From IMG/VR virus record IMGVR_UViG_3300033143_001932: a stretch of 64,000 nt of DNA; one strand, 5' to 3'. Source of the stretch: an uncultured virus (IMG/VR IMGVR_UViG_3300033143_001932). Taxonomy: Duplodnaviria; Heunggongvirae; Uroviricota; Caudoviricetes; Crassvirales. Within the stretch, counting starts at the first letter, position 1. Each line of letters begins with the position of its first letter. The position numbers and the translations under genes were made by a program. Below the pieces are notes generated by a model. That model was not told the DNA's origin and ran no database searches. It saw only the letters and a program-made list of their open reading frames with translations. Shown here in pieces: positions 29,801 through 38,375 of this stretch.

Positions 29801-32800
29801 CGAATTAGGTCATAATAAAGAGTGGGGAGAAATAGTAAATAATGTGTTTGCTGGTCCTGACAATAGCCCCGGAGAAAAAGCTTTGTTGCTTTATTTTATG
29901 ACCGCTGGTATTCAGTATTCTAAAACTGGGAAAGAAGATATTACACAGTTTAGAGATGCTATAAAAAAAGACATTCAAAACATATATAATCGAAGCTATA
30001 AAAGAGTGCCAGCTTCAATAGCGGCTAATTACAAAAAATTAGGAATACGTCCTGACGCAACTGACCAGGAAGTAGTAGACGCTTATTTAAAGGCTTCCGA
30101 AAAATATGAAGATAAAGGCGGTTACAGAGATCCTAATAAAATGGAAGAGTTTATGGAGCTTCATGAGGCTTACACCACTGTTAAAAACCATAGAGGACAA
30201 AAATCCAACATAGAACAAGGGTTGGGGGAAATAGCTAAACAAGAACAACAAGATAAATCTAATCAAGAGCGATATGATCATTTAGATGATTTAGCAATTA
30301 AAACTACAGATCCTAGAACTGTAATGTTGGGGATTCCAACCTCAACTGAAAATTTAACAACCCTACCTTCAGAACAAAGGATATTAGAAGAAATGCAACC
30401 CACGTTTAATGCGGAGGAAGCTAACTTTTGGGCTAACAAGAGTGAAGTAGAGATTAAAGATTCTTATGGTTATATAAATAATTTAGTAAAACAAGGCGAA
30501 GTTACATCACTTCAAGGAGAACACATGAAGCAACAAATTTCTAATGTTCGTGAAATGATGAAAGGATTAGAGGTGATTGAAAACCCTGAAGCCAAGGCAG
30601 AGGCTTATGATTTATCTAATGAATTAATTCAACAAGAAAGATTATTAAACCTATATCAATCATCAAAAGTGTCTCCATCTCAAAAAATCAAGCAAGTTGA
30701 AGCTAGAATAAAAGAGATTAATAGTCGATTAACCGAAATAGGAAATAACATTGAAGCACCCGCAAGTCCTATAGAAAAAGCGCAAAATGAATTCAACAGG
30801 CTTTTAGAAGAAAAAAGAATGATTGAAAGCCCAAGCTTTAGAAGTAGTAACTCTAAAGAATATGTAGAACAAATGTTGAGAGATATTAACGGTAAGATTA
30901 GTGCTCAAGAGGAAAAAATGATTAACGAGTTTGGTGGTCAGTTTTCTGGGGGAGGTTCTAATAGAGTTTACGTAGAAGAAGTAGGTCCTTCTAAGTCTAA
31001 AACCGAAACGGAAAAGGGAGATAGAATAAAAGTAGGAGAGCAAGAGGTTATTGAGGAAGTTCCTGAAAACTTAGAAAGAGAAAATCCAGAGCTGTTAGAC
31101 GCAGAGCAAAAATCATCTCGAGACCAAAAGATAGAGGAAATGCAAGCAGAGGGAGAACAAGCTAGGATTACTCAACTCAAAGATTACATAAAAGAATTAA
31201 AAGAAAAAGGTGGAGATGAAAAGCGCGTACAGGAATTAGAAAAAGAATTAAACGATTTAGAGTCGAAACAAGTTGAACCATTAAAAACTGAAAAAGATGC
31301 CGATAGTGAGCCAGAACCAATGGAAGTACCTAGCGAAGAACAAGCCGAAAGTGTTCAAGAGACTGAAGAGATACAACCCGATGACGCGACTCCAGGACCT
31401 TCCGAAGTCAGCGCCCAACCGAAAGCCGACAAGACGACCCCACCGAAACGTTACAAGGACCTAAGAGATTCTGAAAACACCTCTGGAGACCCTCAATTAG
31501 AAAGAGTATATGGCGAGATTGAAAGTGAAATTGCTGAAAAAGTTGAAGCTAGAGACAGAAGAGATAGATACGTGAAAGACAGGTCAGCTATGACTACTAA
31601 ACAACAAGAAGCTACAGACCGAAGGGTAAATGCGGAAACTAAAGAGGCTGCTTTAGAATACTTAATGAGGTCTAAATGGTATGAAAACGCCACAGACCTA
31701 CAAAGAGATGCCGCCTTTAAAGAGGTGAGTTATCGATTTGGAGCGCCTAAGAAGCGATTAAACGCTCAAGACAGAGCTAACCAAGCTGTAGGGAATAAAG
31801 GACGTCAGAAGTTCGTAGATGAGCTCCAAATGCTTAAAGATCAATTTAAGATAGCTAATAAGGCTGGGAAAGATGTTAGGTATATAGTAGACAATATTCG
31901 TAAATATGTAGATCGAAACTTCACTTCTAAAAAAGGAGGGGTAAAAATCAACTGGACTACCGGTGACGCTAAGAAGCTTTATAAAAACCTAACAGATGAA
32001 AGAGCTGTTCTAGAAAAAGCTTACACAAATAAAAACGGAGACAGGATTAAAAAGTCTATTGCTCGTTTAGAAGAAATAACGAAAGAGATAGACCAGCTTA
32101 TAGAAAACAAAACTCGCCCTACTTATGTAGCGTGGTTAAAAGAAAATACGGTAGTAGATAATTTAACTACTGAGTCTGGTAGTGCTCAAATCTCGGTGAA
32201 TAAAATTAAAGAACTAAGACAGTATGTGGATAATTTAAAAAAACCATTTGAGGAAATGACCACTACCGAACTAGAGCAAACTATTAGTGATGTTCAACAA
32301 ATTATAAAAGAAGGTAAAGACGCTAAAACATTAGAGAGAAGTCGTAAGCAAAAATCTCAAATGGAAAATAAGGGTAAAATAGCAAAAGAGTTATATGTTG
32401 AAGGGGAAGATTTTAGCCAAGATGTAAACACCTACGAGGAGGCTGAGGCATATTTAGGATCTCAGAAAACTGACCTTAAACAACCCTTAAAAACTTTAGA
32501 ATTAGACCAAGAAAAAACTTTTAAAAACGAACAAGGAGAAGAGGTGTCGTTAGAAAAAGGAATTAGCGACAAGCGATCAAAATTAAGAAAATTAAGAGAA
32601 GAGGCAGAAAATATTGAAGAGGAAGTAATTGCTGATGAGGTGGTTGCTGATGAGGTGGTTGCGGAAGAACCTGTCTCAGATGAGGTAATAGAATTAGAAC
32701 CAATAGACCCAACAGAAGCTGACTTTTCATCTTATGATGTTAAAAACGCTGAAGAGAATCCAGCATTGGAGCCCTATATTAATTCAGAGGTGGAATCATC

Positions 32801-35800
32801 TAGAGATATGTTAGGGGGTCCAAAAGCTATTCAAGAAACGGCAGAATTAGGAAAAAAATTAGATGCAGACAATGCTAATGTGGTGTTTAAGAGAGATTTA
32901 GGGATTGTAGGTGGTCGAAGAATATTTGAATTTGAAGTAGAAGGTACAGGAGAAAAATTCTTAATGTACAAATCTAAAGGAGAGGGAACTGGTCCTGAAT
33001 CAAAAGGAAAATGGGTTCCTTTAAAATACTTCGCTAAAGACGGTTGGTTTGTTAAAGGAAGAGTAGATAACGAGGGTAACTTAAGTATGGAGCCACTTAC
33101 TAACGAAAACAATCCGAAGTTTAATAAATACGGAAGTGAGACCTTTAAAGAGTTAGCCAAAAAACTAGAAGCTGACGCAGAAGCTGTAAAAAATGAAAAC
33201 ACTACCGAAACTAAAGAAGAGGTTGCAACAGAAGAAGTGGCGGAAACTAAGAGAACTAAAGAAGATGTACAAAAAGAAATCGAAGCTACTGAAAATGAAA
33301 TTGAACAATTAGAAGAGGTTTTAAATGAACTACCTACTCAAGCAGAATTAGACGCTGCTAGAGACAGGTTGATTAATGAAGCTAGAGATTCAGACGCTAT
33401 AGATAAAATTGAAAATGCATACGAAAAAGCTTCTAAACGTTTAAGACAGGAAGAGGCAAGTTCAAGTGTAACTTTTGATCCTAGGGACGGTTTTGTATTG
33501 GTTACAACGAAAGACGGAAAGACGTATCTCGTTAAAAGTAAATCAGACTTAAATAAAATTGACCCAGAGGAATTTGAGTCAGGAACTGGATATGTCAGTA
33601 AAGATGTTCAAATTAGTAGACAACAACAACAAGCTATTCAAGGTGAAGAATTAAAGGATAAACTAAAAAGCGAAGCGGAAAAAGCTGTTAAAAAGATAGC
33701 AAAACCTTTCCATGGAGCCTCTATTAAAACTATCAAAACTCTATTAGAAAGAGTGGGTCTAGGTAAGCCAGAACTAAAAGAAGCTACTGTTGATATTTAT
33801 GAAGACATTGTAGCGGCTAGAAGAAATATTCAAAAACTTGCTGATGAGTTAACCACATCGCTAAATGAAGTGAAAAAAGAAAACAAAATCACTGATAAGT
33901 TTTTATTGAAAGCTAAATCAAAAGATGGTAAATCAAGCACAAGAAATATTATAAAACACGAAACTCCAGAATCTTCTTATGAGATTACCAATGACACAGC
34001 CGTAGATTTATATATGCTTAAAATAGCGGAAGGTAAATACAGGTTAGAGCAAACAGGTGTAGATGTAGCTGAATTGGACTCCTATATGGACGCCAATCCA
34101 GAGCTAAAAAAATACGCAGAAGACATGTTAGACTGGTATGAGTCTACAAGACCTTATTTTAAAGATGTGTTTGAAGATGTAACAGGTAGAACTTTTGAGG
34201 ACTTCAATAGAAACCCTGACGGAGAAGAGTTGCGTTATATGCCTATTTGGGCAAAAGGCACAAGTGAGAGACCAGGGTCAGATCTTATAACAAGTGATAA
34301 TTTTACTTTAGGTATAAAAGGCGGTAAAGATCAAAACTATTCTAGCAGTGTAATGACTGATCGTTTTAAACAAAGAAATGATAGATGGGTAATGAGTAAA
34401 GACGGTAGATGGGAGCGCCCTGAAGGTCCATATCAAATGACAGGAGCTAACACAAAGGCATTAGATTACATTAAAGAGATGACTCATACTAATGAGATGT
34501 GGGATGTCAACCAAAAAATTAAAGGGCTAATTAACCCACAAACAGAAGGGAAATTAATTGACATGATGGGAGAAGAGAACTATAGATCTCTTAAGTCTCA
34601 ATTAGACGAAATAACGGGCGGAGAAAATAAATACCAAACTCAAGTTGAGTCTGTTATAAATAAAGTTAATAAAGCTGGTGTGGTATATAGACTAGCATTT
34701 AACACCTTGAATATAGCCAAACAAGCAACTACCGCCACTCATTGGCTTGGAGCTGGAATAAAAGACGGGGTATACCCTTGGGATATGGTGGCGCAGTCCG
34801 GATTAAGCGTTACTGACCTGGTTGGTAAAAACGGGAAAGAAAAGGTAAATTTCATTTGGGATATAATAACAGATCCTCAAATAAAAAATAGATGGAAAAA
34901 AACCGCTATAGACCCTGCCTTTGAAGAGTTTATTAATAAAGCGTCTACCACTAAAGAATGGAGCGTTACCCAAAAGAGAAGAATGTTAGGTAAACTTTTA
35001 ACTGACATAGGAATGAAGCCTACGCAAGTTGGGGATATGCTTGGAGTTTTAGGCGGAGGAATTCCTTACGCGTTAGCTTATAGGACGAAGTACATAAAAG
35101 ACGGATACTCTAAAGCTCAAGCTTCAGAAATGGCTCTAGGTAAAATGACTAAGCTAATGAACGAGTTACAGCAATCTCAAGAAGGTTACGCTACTACACC
35201 ACTACAAAGAAGTTTATTAGGTAGAACGTTTGTGACTCAATATAAGAGTTCTCAAATTCAAGCTGTAAACAAACAAATGCAAGTAATTCAAGAAATAAGA
35301 GATTCTAAAAACGCTACCACTAATGAGAAGGCTCAAATGGCATACGATTTTATTTATTGGAGCATGTTTAACGCTGGCTTTAGTGCTTTCGCAACAGGAT
35401 ACGCAGCGGATGTATTAGGTCTTAGTGATTCTGACGATAAAGGTGAAGAACGAACACAACACAACTTTATAGAAGGTATGATGAGTTCACAACTTCAAGG
35501 TATGGGTATGTTAGGGTTAGTAGCTGAATTTGGAATGAATGAATTTATTGGACAAGACTGGAAAAACAACAACCCAATGATTGACTTTATAAGTGATATT
35601 ACTGGAGCTGTCTATGAGGCAAGCACAACAGGTATTGGGGATATGACTGAAAAGGTGGAGAAAGGAGATTTACTAAAAAGTGTAATTGACTTAGAAATAA
35701 AAAATAAAATAATTGAAGCCGCTGAAAATGATGGATGGAGTACGGCTATTGATATGTATGACGATTATATGTTTTCTACACATGGAGATAAATTAGAAGG

Positions 35801-36128
35801 AGAAGGAGAAGTAAGTAAATTGTGGGCAGAAAAATTTGAAAAAGAACGAAACGCTTTAATTAAATTTAGTGAAAAAGAAAGCTTTATAAAAGCTATAACC
35901 CCCAATGGTTTAGCTAAGATTTTTGATGCAATTTCAGGGGATGCAGAATTGTTAGACCTTGTTATTAAGCGAGTTCAAGGATATGATGAAATAAAAGAAA
36001 AAGAGAAAAGAAGAGTAGATAAATTATTTGAACTAACTAAAGGTAAAAAATACATTGAAGACGAACCAAAGAAACAGACTGAGAAAGCGAACGTGTTGAA
36101 GTATGAAGACGAAAACTCGGCTTATTGA
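26892..36128 (+). CDS. giant internal virion/ejection protein (3078 aa) with degenerate J-domain
   Basis: last gene of the structural block; helical, with Gly-rich hydrophobic segments and a J-domain-like stretch at about aa 1046-1098. Confidence 0.7.
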   Translation: MNDKTLESLYKKLGLEANNVSFEDFKGALEEYPEYRDNIFTALVDAKEYTQEERGAFDDLLKKKEETSELVGNQAPTTTTLATDQSAQEAVSASSDLESSQEPQNPQDVIQDEQEVVQAQDDTELQIQQENTQENTPPPVMANATVDQPEITSATPIIENQTDMTPPAEMPDEFAPINADDLMTSKSETGLYPQTQVGFEAGNEEDGNLANKKMDYTFYQIPVSEMEPDQASRVVNYMQENGLTELEARIKNPDIFINQKQLDALEQEREETNEFLEEGVGNIINTIGDDIYNDGLEVTEGENIPSDWSTELYTAPNGSTYDNKLEFINSPEGRQLIMEEKTSIAGGDIMNFDINRHILEDAFVFSGADPEQFGYYKNEDGEWGGPRRMFDYRGLTQESSGPGLQNVFDWGSFINPETNKPYDLTKVKSYDDLSVLWDKMSLHMNDDQAQRIMQEAYNQSINSVNNKIYDYGQNYLDRADQGVSRSYKQLRNAQYDLNLIVNNLAYYEGLDDKMKFAYDSKYTEATGLSYGAYLAQQWDFQQANVETALLEYEQQRSSWYSDETELIDLKTGKLINYADADQETLDYHQNIDESALKLVRRKGNNQGFLDEHLRRSYYNLMAISSTMPDNFAEAWWEGNSYFDVAQGALLEGMVGLSAEANKLFFDDEEMYNNIKEIGNSFSKWGGTDKQTLINSSMYDKNEAPELRDMRMKKLWYLDGNSPWINTFNEALYDFQSANRAVVLNEDYIQKAKLNPENKFNMYTRDLFMSFDYPDTPGTPDDPMSFGKYGPKEAANHWSQVLQQNGVQISDEDMAFMEQTFAEKGIHMSAQMTNFLYKFALTRGMFKGVVGTTGATAAAPQGVYRWDAVTAGLAGLGQSKAYQQSVFLLSSMLQEGLIMEAYQEGFEGGEGMGFLEGAALAGGSGAMNMAWKAINKIPFMAKMPATMEKFLNSQSQVVGGMGGMYTSELVHELGHNKEWGEIVNNVFAGPDNSPGEKALLLYFMTAGIQYSKTGKEDITQFRDAIKKDIQNIYNRSYKRVPASIAANYKKLGIRPDATDQEVVDAYLKASEKYEDKGGYRDPNKMEEFMELHEAYTTVKNHRGQKSNIEQGLGEIAKQEQQDKSNQERYDHLDDLAIKTTDPRTVMLGIPTSTENLTTLPSEQRILEEMQPTFNAEEANFWANKSEVEIKDSYGYINNLVKQGEVTSLQGEHMKQQISNVREMMKGLEVIENPEAKAEAYDLSNELIQQERLLNLYQSSKVSPSQKIKQVEARIKEINSRLTEIGNNIEAPASPIEKAQNEFNRLLEEKRMIESPSFRSSNSKEYVEQMLRDINGKISAQEEKMINEFGGQFSGGGSNRVYVEEVGPSKSKTETEKGDRIKVGEQEVIEEVPENLERENPELLDAEQKSSRDQKIEEMQAEGEQARITQLKDYIKELKEKGGDEKRVQELEKELNDLESKQVEPLKTEKDADSEPEPMEVPSEEQAESVQETEEIQPDDATPGPSEVSAQPKADKTTPPKRYKDLRDSENTSGDPQLERVYGEIESEIAEKVEARDRRDRYVKDRSAMTTKQQEATDRRVNAETKEAALEYLMRSKWYENATDLQRDAAFKEVSYRFGAPKKRLNAQDRANQAVGNKGRQKFVDELQMLKDQFKIANKAGKDVRYIVDNIRKYVDRNFTSKKGGVKINWTTGDAKKLYKNLTDERAVLEKAYTNKNGDRIKKSIARLEEITKEIDQLIENKTRPTYVAWLKENTVVDNLTTESGSAQISVNKIKELRQYVDNLKKPFEEMTTTELEQTISDVQQIIKEGKDAKTLERSRKQKSQMENKGKIAKELYVEGEDFSQDVNTYEEAEAYLGSQKTDLKQPLKTLELDQEKTFKNEQGEEVSLEKGISDKRSKLRKLREEAENIEEEVIADEVVADEVVAEEPVSDEVIELEPIDPTEADFSSYDVKNAEENPALEPYINSEVESSRDMLGGPKAIQETAELGKKLDADNANVVFKRDLGIVGGRRIFEFEVEGTGEKFLMYKSKGEGTGPESKGKWVPLKYFAKDGWFVKGRVDNEGNLSMEPLTNENNPKFNKYGSETFKELAKKLEADAEAVKNENTTETKEEVATEEVAETKRTKEDVQKEIEATENEIEQLEEVLNELPTQAELDAARDRLINEARDSDAIDKIENAYEKASKRLRQEEASSSVTFDPRDGFVLVTTKDGKTYLVKSKSDLNKIDPEEFESGTGYVSKDVQISRQQQQAIQGEELKDKLKSEAEKAVKKIAKPFHGASIKTIKTLLERVGLGKPELKEATVDIYEDIVAARRNIQKLADELTTSLNEVKKENKITDKFLLKAKSKDGKSSTRNIIKHETPESSYEITNDTAVDLYMLKIAEGKYRLEQTGVDVAELDSYMDANPELKKYAEDMLDWYESTRPYFKDVFEDVTGRTFEDFNRNPDGEELRYMPIWAKGTSERPGSDLITSDNFTLGIKGGKDQNYSSSVMTDRFKQRNDRWVMSKDGRWERPEGPYQMTGANTKALDYIKEMTHTNEMWDVNQKIKGLINPQTEGKLIDMMGEENYRSLKSQLDEITGGENKYQTQVESVINKVNKAGVVYRLAFNTLNIAKQATTATHWLGAGIKDGVYPWDMVAQSGLSVTDLVGKNGKEKVNFIWDIITDPQIKNRWKKTAIDPAFEEFINKASTTKEWSVTQKRRMLGKLLTDIGMKPTQVGDMLGVLGGGIPYALAYRTKYIKDGYSKAQASEMALGKMTKLMNELQQSQEGYATTPLQRSLLGRTFVTQYKSSQIQAVNKQMQVIQEIRDSKNATTNEKAQMAYDFIYWSMFNAGFSAFATGYAADVLGLSDSDDKGEERTQHNFIEGMMSSQLQGMGMLGLVAEFGMNEFIGQDWKNNNPMIDFISDITGAVYEASTTGIGDMTEKVEKGDLLKSVIDLEIKNKIIEAAENDGWSTAIDMYDDYMFSTHGDKLEGEGEVSKLWAEKFEKERNALIKFSEKESFIKAITPNGLAKIFDAISGDAELLDLVIKRVQGYDEIKEKEKRRVDKLFELTKGKKYIEDEPKKQTEKANVLKYEDENSAY
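31297..31464 (+). CDS. nested +1-frame 55-aa basic protein
   Basis: MPIVSQNQWKYLAKNKPKVFKRLKRYNPMTRLQDLPKSAPNRKPTRRPHRNVTRT; A-rich leader; resembles MPFxSxxQxxYLxxNxP small phage proteins. Confidence 0.6.
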   Translation: MPIVSQNQWKYLAKNKPKVFKRLKRYNPMTRLQDLPKSAPNRKPTRRPHRNVTRT

Positions 36129-36322
36129 TTTACTTTTTTAGGTTTGTCGTGAGATTTTAATACATCTTTAAGGGTTATAATTAAGGCGCCAACACTGTCG
36201 TGAAGCGCCTCAATATCTCTATCTACCAAGTCTTCGTAGATATCATCTGTTAAGCCGTTTATTTCCCTCATTAAAGAGTTTATATAAACAAGCCGCCTTA
36301 TGTCTTGTTGTGGGTCAGACAT
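36122..36322 (-). CDS. hypothetical protein
   Basis: 66 aa; last gene of the - strand block. Confidence 0.55.
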   Translation of the reverse strand: MSDPQQDIRRLVYINSLMREINGLTDDIYEDLVDRDIEALHDSVGALIITLKDVLKSHDKPKKVNQ

Positions 36323-36599
36323 CCGGGCAAGGATGATTTAGTATATTTTTTTCTTCCATAGTTATTTCATCCCACTTATATGTTGGGAGATTTCCGTAAT
36401 CATCTTCATTGGTGTAATAAGGCTCATTCTTAGTGTTAAAGAATAAGGGTATCCTTAAACTTAATTCTTCTTGAAGCATAAAAGACATATAAACTTCTCT
36501 GTAAGATACTTTATACATTTCCGCTATTTCTTCCAAGGTTTTACCTTTTACAATATGTAAATGAATACGATCTGCTTGATATTTTGTTAGTGAACCCAT
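36315..36599 (-). CDS. HTH-containing protein
   Basis: GKTLEEIAEMYKVSYREV helix-turn-helix. Confidence 0.55.
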   Translation of the reverse strand: MGSLTKYQADRIHLHIVKGKTLEEIAEMYKVSYREVYMSFMLQEELSLRIPLFFNTKNEPYYTNEDDYGNLPTYKWDEITMEEKNILNHPCPDV

Positions 36600-36907
36600 C
36601 TTAGTTGATTTTTCCGTAGTTTTACTTTCCTGTTTTCTAAAATTAAATCTAAATATCGATCACACGATATTGTCTCCATGAAATCTACTAAATATTCGTT
36701 TCCAGGTCGCAGTTCAAAATAAAATTCTATAAACACTGGTTCGTTAGTATCTTGCAAATGAAAGACATGTCCTAGAGACATAGGTTCAGTAAGTATGTTA
36801 TCCATTCGCTCTATCATTTGGATAATGTCTTCCCATTTTATATCTTCATAGGTTTGGAGTTGATCGATAAAATCTATTGATAATGTTATTTTAGGTATTT
36901 TTACCAT
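36587..36907 (-). CDS. hypothetical protein
   Basis: 106-aa ORF overlapping both neighbours. Confidence 0.55.
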   Translation of the reverse strand: MVKIPKITLSIDFIDQLQTYEDIKWEDIIQMIERMDNILTEPMSLGHVFHLQDTNEPVFIEFYFELRPGNEYLVDFMETISCDRYLDLILENRKVKLRKNQLRWVH

Positions 36908-37139
36908 TGTATATTTCTGTTTTACATCCGTGTTTTTGGAGTTCTTTCAGCCTGTATTTTTGAAGCTTAGAAAGTCTTCCGGTTGGTTTTTTAATTTCTG
37001 AAAACAATACACCTGAATCTGGCGGTATCGCTATAAGGTCAGGTATACCGTGTTTGTTTGTGGTGATTAATTTAATGACATAATAGCCCTCAGCTTCTAG
37101 TTGCTTTATTCTCTTAGCTTGTATGTCTTGTTCTTTCAT
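36891..37139 (-). CDS. VRR-NUC / Holliday-junction-resolvase-like nuclease (start probably 37139)
   Basis: MKEQDIQ..GIPDL..FSEIKKPTGRLSKLQKYR motifs. Confidence 0.8.
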   Translation of the reverse strand: MKEQDIQAKRIKQLEAEGYYVIKLITTNKHGIPDLIAIPPDSGVLFSEIKKPTGRLSKLQKYRLKELQKHGCKTEIYNGKNT

Positions 37140-37140
37140 T

Positions 37141-38004
37141 TTATAATCCACAATAACCGCTATCACATTCTGTGAAGTCATCATCAAATAAAGACACTTG
37201 CTTTAAAGAGTCTTTAATCTGTTGATAAGACATGTCGGTTTTAAATAATCGTTTGCCTTTTCCGTATCCTACATCTTGTTCTTGTTTTACGAACCAATTG
37301 AATTTATTAGGATGTCTTTCGCTCATGTGTTTTAAAAGTACAGCATTTCTGTGAAAACACCCAACGCAATTGTTCATGTACGCAAATGTTACTGGTTTTC
37401 CTTTCCAGTATTTTTCTATATCATCTTTATATAATCCGTCCGTAATTAAAGGGAAGTTAGGTTTTTGATACTTCATTCTTTCCCACCTGTTAGGTCTAAT
37501 GGTCCCCTTAGACTTACCCACGATAAACTTGTCGTATATAAACCCATCATCTTCACATCTTTCTAGCATAGATTTAGCCCTATTCATTTCATTAGCTCTA
37601 AATCCTATTCTAACCTCTATAGGAGTTCGTATGTTTGCATACCAAAATACTTTAATAGGCTCTACTTTCATTAAGGAAGTGCAAAACCGTTGAACTTTGT
37701 TAGGTAGGTACTTATTTTTGCCTCGGGTAATAAGCTTATCAAAAGACAGTCCAGCCACCCAATTTATTTCCTGTCCTATATATTGTTCAAGTTCTAGTAT
37801 GGTTTGAATGATTACATCTTCTTCCAGGGTGCCAATAAATTCTTTTCCGATTTTATCTGATACCATTTGCCTAATCTTAGGATCAGGATATAAACAATCC
37901 TTATCATCCGTAGTTACTAGTGCGAATACGTTATAGTCAGCTGGATAATTGGCTGCTATATAAGCTGAGGTTTTACCTCCCGATATACTATTAAGCGTTA
38001 TCAT
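37141..38004 (-). CDS. PAPS-reductase-family (PP-loop) protein
   Basis: SISGGKTSA PP-loop, RFCTSLMK, IGFRANE, NNCVGCF and C-terminal ECDSGYCG. Confidence 0.75.
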   Translation of the reverse strand: MITLNSISGGKTSAYIAANYPADYNVFALVTTDDKDCLYPDPKIRQMVSDKIGKEFIGTLEEDVIIQTILELEQYIGQEINWVAGLSFDKLITRGKNKYLPNKVQRFCTSLMKVEPIKVFWYANIRTPIEVRIGFRANEMNRAKSMLERCEDDGFIYDKFIVGKSKGTIRPNRWERMKYQKPNFPLITDGLYKDDIEKYWKGKPVTFAYMNNCVGCFHRNAVLLKHMSERHPNKFNWFVKQEQDVGYGKGKRLFKTDMSYQQIKDSLKQVSLFDDDFTECDSGYCGL

Positions 38005-38371
38005 TTAATAATTTTTGTCTCAATTCTTTAAAATTAGTTGTTCTACTTAAATGTTTTTCGTGAGCTAAATCCCGATTAAGTTTTGCTAGTTGTAATTCTA
38101 ATGTGTTTACTCTTTCTTCTAATTCACCTTTCTGCTTATGTGATTCGTATAAATAGGGTATTACATCATGGAAGTATCTTAAATTAGTTAAATAGTTCCA
38201 GAGTTCAAAGGTTTTCTTTCCACATCCTTTAAATCTTCTCAGTTCTACATCTTTTAATTCGTGCATGTATACAACTCCCGACTTGTTTAAGATTTTTATT
38301 AACCGTGTTCCGGTTTTTCCCCTTAACGTGCCTAGTTTGATGTGTGTGTTTATCCATTCTTGTATTTCCAT
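37991..38371 (-). CDS. RNA polymerase alpha-CTD-like (HhH) protein with coiled coil
   Basis: TRLIKILNKSGVVYMHEL..VELRRFKGCGKKT aligns by eye with the alpha-CTD pattern. Confidence 0.55.
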   Translation of the reverse strand: MEIQEWINTHIKLGTLRGKTGTRLIKILNKSGVVYMHELKDVELRRFKGCGKKTFELWNYLTNLRYFHDVIPYLYESHKQKGELEERVNTLELQLAKLNRDLAHEKHLSRTTNFKELRQKLLNDNA

Positions 38372-38375
38372 TTTA

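Noticed and set aside
32620..32670. 15-nt tandem repeat encoding EVVAD
   Set aside because: Ordinary low-complexity linker expansion within a protein
856..33202. Numerous short - strand ORFs opposite structural genes
   Set aside because: Antisense shadows of long + strand genes, with no motifs or expression signals
26892..36128. crAss-like virion RNA polymerase within the giant protein
   Set aside because: No convincing DxDxD catalytic motif seen
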